Shown here piece after piece: positions 16,241 to 24,886 of a DNA stretch of 25,711 bases. This stretch comes from a virus. Within the stretch, counting starts at the first letter, position 1. Each line of letters starts with the position of its first letter. The stretch lies in the IMG/VR virus record IMGVR_UViG_3300037808_001259; one strand, 5' to 3'. The notes under the pieces were generated by a model. It was given only the letters and a program-made list of their open reading frames with translations, was not told where the DNA came from and did no database searches. Both the position numbers and the translations under genes were made by a program.

Positions 16241-17115
16241 AAGATGATTTGAAAAGAAATATTATGGAAAGTTATCCCCATACTGATCTAGATTTTTCTA
16301 GAAAATTACCGTCAATAAATTTTTGGATTGATAAAATTGAATCAGGAGAACAATTTAATTTAGTACGGGCTCAGCACGGGTGGTGGAACGCGTTTCACAA
16401 GTTCGAGGACATTAAAAAACATTATGAAAATGAAGATTATGATAAAATACTAACTACACAATTAAAATATAAAAATTTAAGACTTTGGGGTAAAGATCAT
16501 AAGTTCAACCTACAAACTCAGAAAAGTGACCAATTAAAAGAATGTTTAACTTTGGCCTTTAAACTTATACACAAACGAACAGAAATGGTCCCAACTTTAA
16601 AGCTAGGAGTTTCAGGGTCATCGGCTCAAAAAAAGATATTAAATTATTTTTATAAGAAAAATGTTGATGATTTATATAACGGAGATATGTCCAGACAATA
16701 TGGGCGATATGGTGATTGGTATCATTTTTTTCAAAAAATGAATGAATTAAAAGTAAAAATCATACTGGTAGGTTCAACATATTTAGGACATATTAAAGAG
16801 ATTTATGAAATTGAACAGTTTGATCATATATTAATTCCATATCAAGGAGCATTAAAATCCATTGATAACTTTTGTGAAAAAATAATTGAGTCGTGTGAAA
16901 ATTATAATAAGTCAGTTTTAGTGTTAAATTCAACGGGATATGTTTTTGGTAGTAATATGGTGGTTAAAATACATGAACGTGGTATAAGCAGTTTTGATGT
17001 CGGCCGGGGATTGGATTTTCATTTTGTCAAACATGCAGATAAATTTAAAAACTTACCATTACATTTTAAGAAAGTAGCAGATCAATTTAAAATGGAGGAT
17101 GGAGTGTTAAAATAA
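16237..17115 (+). CDS. Hypothetical protein, possibly GT-D-fold (DUF1792)-like
   Basis: 'FNLVRAQHGWW', 'IILVGS' and 'SSFDVGRGLD' loosely resemble GT-D motifs. Confidence 0.4.
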   Translation: MKDDLKRNIMESYPHTDLDFSRKLPSINFWIDKIESGEQFNLVRAQHGWWNAFHKFEDIKKHYENEDYDKILTTQLKYKNLRLWGKDHKFNLQTQKSDQLKECLTLAFKLIHKRTEMVPTLKLGVSGSSAQKKILNYFYKKNVDDLYNGDMSRQYGRYGDWYHFFQKMNELKVKIILVGSTYLGHIKEIYEIEQFDHILIPYQGALKSIDNFCEKIIESCENYNKSVLVLNSTGYVFGSNMVVKIHERGISSFDVGRGLDFHFVKHADKFKNLPLHFKKVADQFKMEDGVLK

Positions 17116-17117
17116 TT

Positions 17118-17753
17118 ATGTCAAATAGTCCATATAATATAACAGATGAATTTGAAATAGAATTGTGTAAGTATACTGGAGCTAAGTATTGTATAGCAAT
17201 AGATAATAGTAGTAATGCACTTTTTTTATCTTTAATGTATGAAAATATAAAAGGGCAAGAAATAACCATACCAAATAGAACTTATCCTTCAGTTCCTTGT
17301 GAAATTATACATGCGGGAGGAAATGTTGTTTTTGATCAAGTATCTGGTAATACTATAAAGGGAGCATATCAATTAAAACCAACTAAGGTTTGGGATTCCG
17401 CGTTAAGATTTTCAGCTGATATGTATATTCCACATACTCATATGTGTTTGTCTTTTACAGGTCCGTATAAACATTTAAAATTATCTAAAGGTGGAGCAAT
17501 TTTAACAGATGATTATAAAGCACAATTATGGTTTCGTAGAGTTAGGTTTAGTGGTAGACGAGAATGTTCATATCACGATGATAATTTTGATATGTTAGGT
17601 TGGAATATGTATATGTTACCAGAAATAGCTACGAGAGGATTGTTGATGATGAAACAATTTTATAATTTGGATCGAAGTAAAAAAATAAATGAAGATATAG
17701 AATTAGAGTATCCAGACCTAAGTAAATTTGAAGTATACACTCGAAATGATTAA
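17118..17753 (+). CDS. DegT/DnrJ/EryC1/StrS PLP aminotransferase, short form
   Basis: 'FEIELCKYTGAKYCIAIDNSSNALFLSL', 'WDSA', 'SFTGPYKHL..GGAILTDD' and 'GWNMYM'; only 211 aa. Confidence 0.85.
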   Translation: MSNSPYNITDEFEIELCKYTGAKYCIAIDNSSNALFLSLMYENIKGQEITIPNRTYPSVPCEIIHAGGNVVFDQVSGNTIKGAYQLKPTKVWDSALRFSADMYIPHTHMCLSFTGPYKHLKLSKGGAILTDDYKAQLWFRRVRFSGRRECSYHDDNFDMLGWNMYMLPEIATRGLLMMKQFYNLDRSKKINEDIELEYPDLSKFEVYTRND

Positions 17754-18474
17754 TAAATTAGCAATTATGCAACCATATTTTTTTCCATACATTGGATATT
17801 TTCAATTGATAAATGCAGTAGATAAATTTGTTATTTTTGATGATATTCAGTACATCCGACATGGATGGATTAATAGAAATCGAATATTATCACCGAATCT
17901 TGAAAAAGAATGGCATTATTGTAATGTGCCATTGGAAAAACACAGTCGAACAGATGTAATTAAAAATATTAAAATAAAGATATCAGAAAATTGGAAGGAC
18001 AGTATTTTAGGAAAACTTGCATATTATAAAGAATTGAGAGCTCCATATTATGAAGGGGTTTTGGAATTAGTTACTGATTGTCTTTCTTATGATACCAATT
18101 TTATTAGTGATTTAAATATTTATGTGTTGAAAAGAACATCAGAGTATATAGGAATTAATTTTGATTATATGGTGTCATCTCAAAGTGGGTTTGATTATTC
18201 TAATGTGGGAGATTCTGGAGAGTGGGCGTTAGAAATTTCCAAACAGTTAAATGCATCAGTATATATTAATCCAGCTAGAGGTACTAAATTATTTGAAACT
18301 TCGAAATTTAAACAGGTTGGAATAGAGCTACAATTTTTAGATTCAAATAGTATTTCATATACTCAATCAAAAAGAAAATATGTTGAGGGACTTTCAATTA
18401 TTGATGTATTAATGTGGAATTCTATTGAAAGTGTACATGATATGATGAATTATAAATCTCTTACAGGAGGGTAA
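17746..18474 (+). CDS. WbqC-like protein
   Basis: 'AIMQPYFFPYIGYFQLINAVDKFVIFDDIQY..GWINRNRI' and 'LSIIDVLM'. ATG at 17746 preferred over 17728. Confidence 0.92.
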   Translation: MINKLAIMQPYFFPYIGYFQLINAVDKFVIFDDIQYIRHGWINRNRILSPNLEKEWHYCNVPLEKHSRTDVIKNIKIKISENWKDSILGKLAYYKELRAPYYEGVLELVTDCLSYDTNFISDLNIYVLKRTSEYIGINFDYMVSSQSGFDYSNVGDSGEWALEISKQLNASVYINPARGTKLFETSKFKQVGIELQFLDSNSISYTQSKRKYVEGLSIIDVLMWNSIESVHDMMNYKSLTGG

Positions 18475-18476
18475 AG

Positions 18477-19481
18477 ATGAATGAAATATTGATTTTTGGA
18501 GCAACTGGTAACAGTGGTAAATATATTGTAAATAATTTAATAACGGAAGGATATACTGTAGTTGCATCGGGTAGGTCAGACACAACATATTTTGATGATT
18601 TAGAGGTTGAATATATTCAAGGAGATATTCAAGAAAAAGATTTTTTTAAAACAATACCTCATTACAAATTTGATACGGTTATAAATTTGGCTGGAATTCA
18701 ACCATCCATTTTAACTTATTCGGAATCGACAGAACTTGAACAAACTCTTACTGAATATGTTGATGTAAATATAAAGGGAGTTTTCAACGTTTTAGAATTT
18801 TGTAGAAAAAGGAATATTTCCAGATACATTTATACAATTTCACATCGAGATATTGAGGGCCATTGGAAAAACGGTAAATTATTGAAAGCAGACTTACCAA
18901 TAAAAATTAATTATGAGGGGGATCATGTTATGTATGCAATAACAAAAACCTCTGCAATGATGATGGGCGATTATTATCATTATTTAACAGGTATGAAAGT
19001 TTTTAATTTGAGATTACCGATGATATTTTCTATACCCGAGAAAAATTGGTATTATGCTCATGGAGAAAAAAAGATAATTCCATTTTTGTCAATTATACGT
19101 GATGCTATGTCTGGAACCCGACTTGAAGTATGGGGTGATAAGAATATGAAACGAGACTATGTTCATATGGATAATTTATTACAAATGATTAATCTTTGTT
19201 TAACAACAGAATTGACAGCTGGTATATTTAATGTTGGAACAGGAGAGGCTGTAACTACAGAAGATTTTATACGGACAGTTGCAGAGGTTTTTTCACCACA
19301 TGGAGAAAATTGTGAGATTATTTATAGGCCACATAATAAAACATATAAATGTACTTCATATGATATTAGCACAGAACATGACCAGTTAGGATATGACCCA
19401 ATATATCTCAGAGAAATGTTGATTAGGTTAAAAGATGATATAATTAAAACTAACATTTTTAAGAAGTGGGATTGGAAATGA
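18477..19481 (+). CDS. NAD-dependent epimerase/dehydratase (extended SDR)
   Basis: 'GATGNSG', 'YAITK' (YxxxK), 'RDYVHMD' and 'FNVGTG'. Confidence 0.92.
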   Translation: MNEILIFGATGNSGKYIVNNLITEGYTVVASGRSDTTYFDDLEVEYIQGDIQEKDFFKTIPHYKFDTVINLAGIQPSILTYSESTELEQTLTEYVDVNIKGVFNVLEFCRKRNISRYIYTISHRDIEGHWKNGKLLKADLPIKINYEGDHVMYAITKTSAMMMGDYYHYLTGMKVFNLRLPMIFSIPEKNWYYAHGEKKIIPFLSIIRDAMSGTRLEVWGDKNMKRDYVHMDNLLQMINLCLTTELTAGIFNVGTGEAVTTEDFIRTVAEVFSPHGENCEIIYRPHNKTYKCTSYDISTEHDQLGYDPIYLREMLIRLKDDIIKTNIFKKWDWK

Positions 19482-20320
19482 AACTTGTAATTCATGTTGG
19501 ATATCCAAAGACTGGTTCTACGACATTACAATATGGACTTTTCAAATATTTACATGATGTAGGTCAAATACATTTAAAAATGTGGCGACAAAATATTTCA
19601 GATGAACCACTAACTGACAGACTTAGTAGTTTGTTATTTCAAAAGAATCCAATCAGTGATAAATATAAACAATTGAGACAAGATAAATTAAATTTTATAT
19701 CGGATGAAAGTCTTACGGCTCCTATTAGATTACGACAAAATGATTTTGGTGATGAGATAGAAAATCCAAATAAATTTCCTTCTATTCTTAAAACCACATT
19801 TACCACTGAATTTGGAAATGATTTAGATATAAAAATTCTTGTTGTTTTACGAAATCAGGCGGAACTTTTATATTCTCAGTACGTAGAGGAATACAAATTA
19901 ATATTGTATAAATCGATAGATTTATTACATAATAAAAGAGGAGAATTAGATTTGACTGGGATGGATATTTATGACTATTCAACTTATTTGGAAACATTAC
20001 AAAAATCATTTGGTAAAGAAAATATAGTTGTTTGTTTGTTTGAAGATTGGAAACATGATCCAAGTACATTTTTTACTCAAATATCTTCAATTGTATCTGT
20101 TGATATTAATCATGTTGCAGATATTTTAACTCGGACTCACAAAAATAAAAAAATTAAAACCTCAGCGGGATATGTTACTGAAGTTTCAAACATACAAGTA
20201 GATTATTTTTCTGATGAAATGAAATCATTAATCATGGATAGATTTAAAAAATCAAATGGGGTATTAGCATCAAATTGGAATATTTCTAAAGAGAAGCTTA
20301 ATTCATATGGATATATATAA
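19478..20320 (+). CDS. Sulfotransferase-like protein
   Basis: PAPS-binding-like 'IHVGYPKTGSTTLQ', 'ISDESL' and 'LRNQAELLYSQY'; ATGA overlap at 19478. Confidence 0.8.
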   Translation: MKLVIHVGYPKTGSTTLQYGLFKYLHDVGQIHLKMWRQNISDEPLTDRLSSLLFQKNPISDKYKQLRQDKLNFISDESLTAPIRLRQNDFGDEIENPNKFPSILKTTFTTEFGNDLDIKILVVLRNQAELLYSQYVEEYKLILYKSIDLLHNKRGELDLTGMDIYDYSTYLETLQKSFGKENIVVCLFEDWKHDPSTFFTQISSIVSVDINHVADILTRTHKNKKIKTSAGYVTEVSNIQVDYFSDEMKSLIMDRFKKSNGVLASNWNISKEKLNSYGYI

Positions 20321-20873
20321 GAAATATATTATAGGAGTAGATGTCGATGGGGTGTTACGAGACTTGATTCCTGATTTATATAAAATTGTAGAAAAATATT
20401 ATCCTACTTATATTGCAAATAATAAATTGGATACTTGGGATTTTGACGAGAGTTTTACTGCATCTCGTGAAGAAATACATCGTATTTACCGTGAAGAATT
20501 TGCAGAAGATATACTTGGGAATGGAACTCCAATATTGAAAAATATAGAATATCTTAAACGTGAGATTGTAAAGGAAGAGCATGAGTTTGTATGTATATCT
20601 TCTCAATTTTTGACTTGTAGATATTGGACATTACAATGGTTAGGTAATCAGTTTATTAATTTTCAAAGTGTATATTTTAGAGGGGGAAAATATAAGTGGT
20701 TAGTGGAATGTGATTACTTAATTGATGATTCACCGTATGTTTGGTTACATTGGTTAAATGGACGGGGGTCGGATGAAAATTTTATTTTGATAGATACTGT
20801 ATACAATCAGAAAGTGAGAGCAACCCATAGAGTAAAAAATATTGAAGAGGCGATGAAGATTATTAATGAATAA
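20307..20873 (+). CDS. HAD-family 5'(3')-deoxyribonucleotidase-like phosphatase
   Basis: 'IGVDVDGVL' (DxD) and 'LIDDSP'. Confidence 0.82.
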   Translation: MDIYKKYIIGVDVDGVLRDLIPDLYKIVEKYYPTYIANNKLDTWDFDESFTASREEIHRIYREEFAEDILGNGTPILKNIEYLKREIVKEEHEFVCISSQFLTCRYWTLQWLGNQFINFQSVYFRGGKYKWLVECDYLIDDSPYVWLHWLNGRGSDENFILIDTVYNQKVRATHRVKNIEEAMKIINE

Positions 20874-21627
20874 AAACGATGTAACATTTTGTACTGGATT
20901 TTGGTATGTTGTAACGGGTAGTGGTGAACCAGCAAGACATAGTTTCTCACATTACATTAATTGTATGACAAATACGTTTGAGCTATTAAAGGATTCAAAT
21001 ATTATATTTTTTTATGAAGATGAAAATATTTTAAATCGTGTCGAAAAATATGTAAATTCGGATAATTTTGAGGTGAGAAAAATTGAAATTTCGGATCTTC
21101 CTACTTGGGAAGTATCAAAATTTTATCTTGAATCATGTAAGCGACAAGACTATGAAGCCTTGAAAAAAATTAATAATATTGGAGAAAAGGGAGTAAGACA
21201 TTATAGAGATGAATATAAAAAATCGGGTGAAATTTCTTATCGGAAAATATTTACTATTTGGTCAAGTAAAATATTTTTAGTAGATAGATTAATTGAAGAG
21301 AATATTTTTGGGACTAATAATTTTTCGTGGGTAGATATATCATATGGTAGATTTAAGGAAAAAAGAGATCGATGGAATTTTGCTGAACTTGATTTTGATG
21401 ATAATCATATATATCATTATAATAGTAATATGAAATATTTTGGTAAAAAAATAGATTTAAATGCGAGTTTTTTATTTGGTCATAGAAACAGTTGGGATAA
21501 ATTTATACTACTTTACAAAACTCAAATAGATCAAACAAGAAATTCAAGTTATGCTCATGACGAAGAAACAATTATTAATTTATTTTATGAAGACAATATT
21601 AACTTATTTAGAAATTTAGGAGGATAG
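20866..21627 (+). CDS. HtrL/WlaTC-like glycosyltransferase
   Basis: 'TFCTGFW', 'IWSSKIFLV..IEENIFGTNNFSWVDIS' and 'HDEE'. Confidence 0.7.
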   Translation: MNKNDVTFCTGFWYVVTGSGEPARHSFSHYINCMTNTFELLKDSNIIFFYEDENILNRVEKYVNSDNFEVRKIEISDLPTWEVSKFYLESCKRQDYEALKKINNIGEKGVRHYRDEYKKSGEISYRKIFTIWSSKIFLVDRLIEENIFGTNNFSWVDISYGRFKEKRDRWNFAELDFDDNHIYHYNSNMKYFGKKIDLNASFLFGHRNSWDKFILLYKTQIDQTRNSSYAHDEETIINLFYEDNINLFRNLGG

Positions 21628-21631
21628 AACT

Positions 21632-22216
21632 ACGAGATACGATTATTTATTTGAATATGTGCGGGAATATAAAGTGAAATCAATTTTGGAAATTGGAACT
21701 TGGAATGGTGAAAACTCGAAAAAAATGATACAGGCTGCGCAGAGTGTGAATAACAGTAAAGATGTAGTTTATTATGGATTTGATCTTTGGGATGATATGG
21801 ATAAAGATACATTTGATTATGAAGTTGCAAAATGGCCTCCATCACATAGAGAAGTAGAAGAAAAATTGAATTCTACATCTGCAACTATACATCTATACAA
21901 AGGAAATACTCTTCAAACTTTACCTAATTTTATTAAAGATAATCCTGATATTGATATAGATTTAATTTTTATGGATGGTGGACATTCATTTGAAACTAGT
22001 CAGTCTGATTGGGATAATATAAGTAAAATTGTTAAAGAAAATACAATAGTGTTAATAGACGACTACTTGGTGTATCCTGATGGTACTGAACCACCCTGGG
22101 GGTGTAGTGAAACTGTTGATAATATAGATAGAAGTATCTGGAATGTTAATATGTTACCACATGGTGATTTTATGAGAGGTAAAACTAATTACATAGTGGA
22201 GGTTACAAAAAAATGA
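21632..22216 (+). CDS. Class I SAM-dependent methyltransferase (Methyltransf_24-like), probable ACG or lost-ATG start
   Basis: 'ILEIGTWNG', 'YYGFDLW', 'IFMDGGH' and 'IDDY'. The frame is open from 21620; AGGAGG (21618-21623) lies 8 nt before ACG at 21632. Confidence 0.8.
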   Translation, partial: TRYDYLFEYVREYKVKSILEIGTWNGENSKKMIQAAQSVNNSKDVVYYGFDLWDDMDKDTFDYEVAKWPPSHREVEEKLNSTSATIHLYKGNTLQTLPNFIKDNPDIDIDLIFMDGGHSFETSQSDWDNISKIVKENTIVLIDDYLVYPDGTEPPWGCSETVDNIDRSIWNVNMLPHGDFMRGKTNYIVEVTKK

Positions 22217-22833
22217 ATACTAAAATACCACAGGTTATAATGCAGACGAGTAAGAATAGACTACCAGAATATGTTGTTGAGATAATAAAATCAAAATCTG
22301 TTGGGTGGGAATATGAACATTTTACAGATGAGGGCTGTATTCAATTTTTTAAAGATAATCCTATAGAAGAATTTCCAAATGTAATTGATGTGTTTAATGG
22401 ATTTGTGCAAGGACCACATAAAGGGGATTTGTTTAGATATTATTATATGTATATAAAAGGTGGAGTTTATATAGATAGCGATGCTAAGATTGAAACTAAT
22501 ATTGAAGATATTGTTAAAAAATATGAATTTGTTTCTATAGTACGAGACGATGTGAATTTGATATTTAATGGATTTTTAGCGTGTACACCAAATCATCAGA
22601 TAATTTATGATGCTTTAAGTCATATCTATAAAAATCCAAATCCTAAATATTATATGGAATTTGTAACTGAGTTATATATTATAGTTAAATCTTCAAATGC
22701 ACCAAACATAAAGTTATATATTGAAAAAAGACCAACACCACCATTTCCAGATCCATGGTTTGTGTGTAGTTATGATGGTGATAACATTATTTTAAAACAT
22801 TATCCAAGAACAAAGATAATTCCAAAGGATTAA
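22213..22833 (+). CDS. GT32-like (DxD sugar-binding) glycosyltransferase
   Basis: 'IPQVIMQT' and 'DLFRYYYMYIKGGVYIDSD'. Confidence 0.9.
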   Translation: MNTKIPQVIMQTSKNRLPEYVVEIIKSKSVGWEYEHFTDEGCIQFFKDNPIEEFPNVIDVFNGFVQGPHKGDLFRYYYMYIKGGVYIDSDAKIETNIEDIVKKYEFVSIVRDDVNLIFNGFLACTPNHQIIYDALSHIYKNPNPKYYMEFVTELYIIVKSSNAPNIKLYIEKRPTPPFPDPWFVCSYDGDNIILKHYPRTKIIPKD

Positions 22834-22837
22834 TATT

Positions 22838-23458
22838 ATGAAAACTTATTATAAACTTCGGAATACTAAGAGAATAGGTACATTTATACATATTCCACGA
22901 TCTGCTGGTAAAACATTTCGTGATAATTTGGGTGAATATTTTATTAGAAAGGATGAAAAACACGCTACAGCTTTATATGTTAGAGAAAATTATCCAACAG
23001 AAGAAGAGTTGCCAATGATTTCTTGTGTTCGTAATCCATGGCAACGAATATGGAGTTTGTTTAATTATACAAGAATGATAAGTCAAACAAAGGATACAAT
23101 ACATATGTTGGAGTGGGATGAGTGGTTAAAAACTCCAATAGTAAATAATGAAAGGAGAAATCATTATCGTGATGTTGTGGATAGAAATCATTTATCATCG
23201 GCTACATATTTGTTTGATAGAAGTGGTGAGTTAATAGTTGATCATATACTTAGATTTGAAAATTTAGAAGAAGATGTTAATCGTATTTGTGATTCTTATA
23301 AAATAACAGATGTTAGGATTGATATGTCTAATAAATTTAGTGAAGAGTTTGGATCAACATCGGATGGTTGGAAAGAACATTATACAGATGAACAACGACA
23401 ATATGTTGAAGAAATATGTAGTTGGGAAATCAAAGAATTTGGTTATAAGTTTGAATAA
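22838..23458 (+). CDS. Sulfotransferase family 2 protein
   Basis: 'FIHIPRSAGKT', 'VRNPWQRIWS' and 'LRFENL'. Confidence 0.85.
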   Translation: MKTYYKLRNTKRIGTFIHIPRSAGKTFRDNLGEYFIRKDEKHATALYVRENYPTEEELPMISCVRNPWQRIWSLFNYTRMISQTKDTIHMLEWDEWLKTPIVNNERRNHYRDVVDRNHLSSATYLFDRSGELIVDHILRFENLEEDVNRICDSYKITDVRIDMSNKFSEEFGSTSDGWKEHYTDEQRQYVEEICSWEIKEFGYKFE

Positions 23459-24206
23459 AAATATAGTTATATTTTATCATTTATTTTTAATGAATAATTG
23501 GAAAGAGATATTTAATTTTCATTTGTATGAAATTGTAAATAGTGGTTTGTATGATAAAGTATCCCAAATCAATGTTGGAATTATTTATAAAGATGGAATT
23601 GAATTGAAAGAATTTAACAAAGAATTTAACAAAGAATTTTTTGAAAGTTATAAAAAAATAAATATCTTATATGAAAGACAATATGATTTAATTCCAGTTA
23701 AAGTTTGGAATAACCCTGAAAGAAAAATGGATATTCAGTTAGGTGAGGGAGAAACAATTTTAAAAATGGTTGAATACGCTAGAGAAAATAATGATGAGGA
23801 TATTTATTTGTTTTTTCATTCAAAGGGAGTGACGGACCCACCAGACAAAAATAGATCACAGATTTCTCATTTTTATAATAAAGGATTGAGTAAAAAGTCA
23901 GATAGTAGTGAGGCTCGTTATTTTATTTTACGAGATATGAGTCATGAATTAATTCGAGAATGGAAAAGAAATATAGATTTTTTAGTGGATAATGAATTTT
24001 ATTATTATATTTGGAATTTTTTTTGGGTGAGAGGATCTTTATTGAAAAAGTTTGATTTCGATTCTTTCAATAAAAATGCACAGTTTCCACGAATATATGG
24101 GTTAAAAGATCGACATTGGTCTGCAATTTTTCCTATAAATTTATTTGGGGCAGTTAATAATATAGAATATAAAAATATAAAACAATTGATAGGATTTATG
24201 AATTGA
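23451..24206 (+). CDS. Hypothetical, putative glycosyltransferase-like protein (likely TTG start at 23451)
   Basis: 'IVIFYHLFLMNNWKEIF' and 'YLFFHSKGVT..WNFFWVRG'. The track start at 23310 overlaps the upstream gene by about 150 nt and is unlikely. Confidence 0.55.
   Translation: MNKNIVIFYHLFLMNNWKEIFNFHLYEIVNSGLYDKVSQINVGIIYKDGIELKEFNKEFNKEFFESYKKINILYERQYDLIPVKVWNNPERKMDIQLGEGETILKMVEYARENNDEDIYLFFHSKGVTDPPDKNRSQISHFYNKGLSKKSDSSEARYFILRDMSHELIREWKRNIDFLVDNEFYYYIWNFFWVRGSLLKKFDFDSFNKNAQFPRIYGLKDRHWSAIFPINLFGAVNNIEYKNIKQLIGFMN
23607..23639 (+). repeat. 12-bp tandem repeat AAAGAATTTAAC x2.75 (KEFN repeat)
   Basis: Directly visible; preserves the frame. Confidence 0.9.
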
Positions 24207-24886
24207 AATCAATAATTTATACTTCAGTATTTGGTGGATATGATGATCCAACAGAACAAAAATTACCAAATGGTTGGGATTGGAAATGTTTTAGTGAAGA
24301 AAATAGTTTATCATTATATACAGACAATACGAGAAATGCCAAAAGATTTAAAGTTTTACCACATAGATATTTACAAGATTATGAATATAGTATTTTTATA
24401 GATGGGAATATGAAGGTTGTTGGTAATGTAAATGAATTGGTAGATAAATATTTAAGTGATTCAAATGTTGCATTTTTCAGTCATGCACAGAATGCGCTTG
24501 ATTCAAGAAACTGTATTTATGAGGAAGGTAGGGTTATATTAGAGACGGGAGAAAGAAATTATAAATTGAATCCGGAAAGAGGTAAGTTTACTTATAAAGA
24601 TAACCCAACTATTATTACAAATCAAATGAAAAGATATATGAATATGCATTATCCAAAAGATAATGGGCTAATTACAGGGATGGTTATATTGCGGAGACAC
24701 AACGAACAAGATTGTATAGATACGATGGAAGACTGGTGGACAGAAATAAAATATAACAGTAAGAGAGATCAGTTAAGTTTTAATTATACGGCGTGGAAGA
24801 ATAACTTAAAGTTTAATTACATGGATGGGGATTCGAGAGATAATAAATATTTTTTAAATATGGGAGCACACACAGGTAAGAAATGA
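24203..24886 (+). CDS. DUF616 (TOD1/MUCI70-like) glycosyltransferase
   Basis: 'IYTSVFGGYD', 'RFKVLPH', 'SIFIDGN' and 'SKRDQLSFNY'. Confidence 0.88.
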   Translation: MKSIIYTSVFGGYDDPTEQKLPNGWDWKCFSEENSLSLYTDNTRNAKRFKVLPHRYLQDYEYSIFIDGNMKVVGNVNELVDKYLSDSNVAFFSHAQNALDSRNCIYEEGRVILETGERNYKLNPERGKFTYKDNPTIITNQMKRYMNMHYPKDNGLITGMVILRRHNEQDCIDTMEDWWTEIKYNSKRDQLSFNYTAWKNNLKFNYMDGDSRDNKYFLNMGAHTGKK

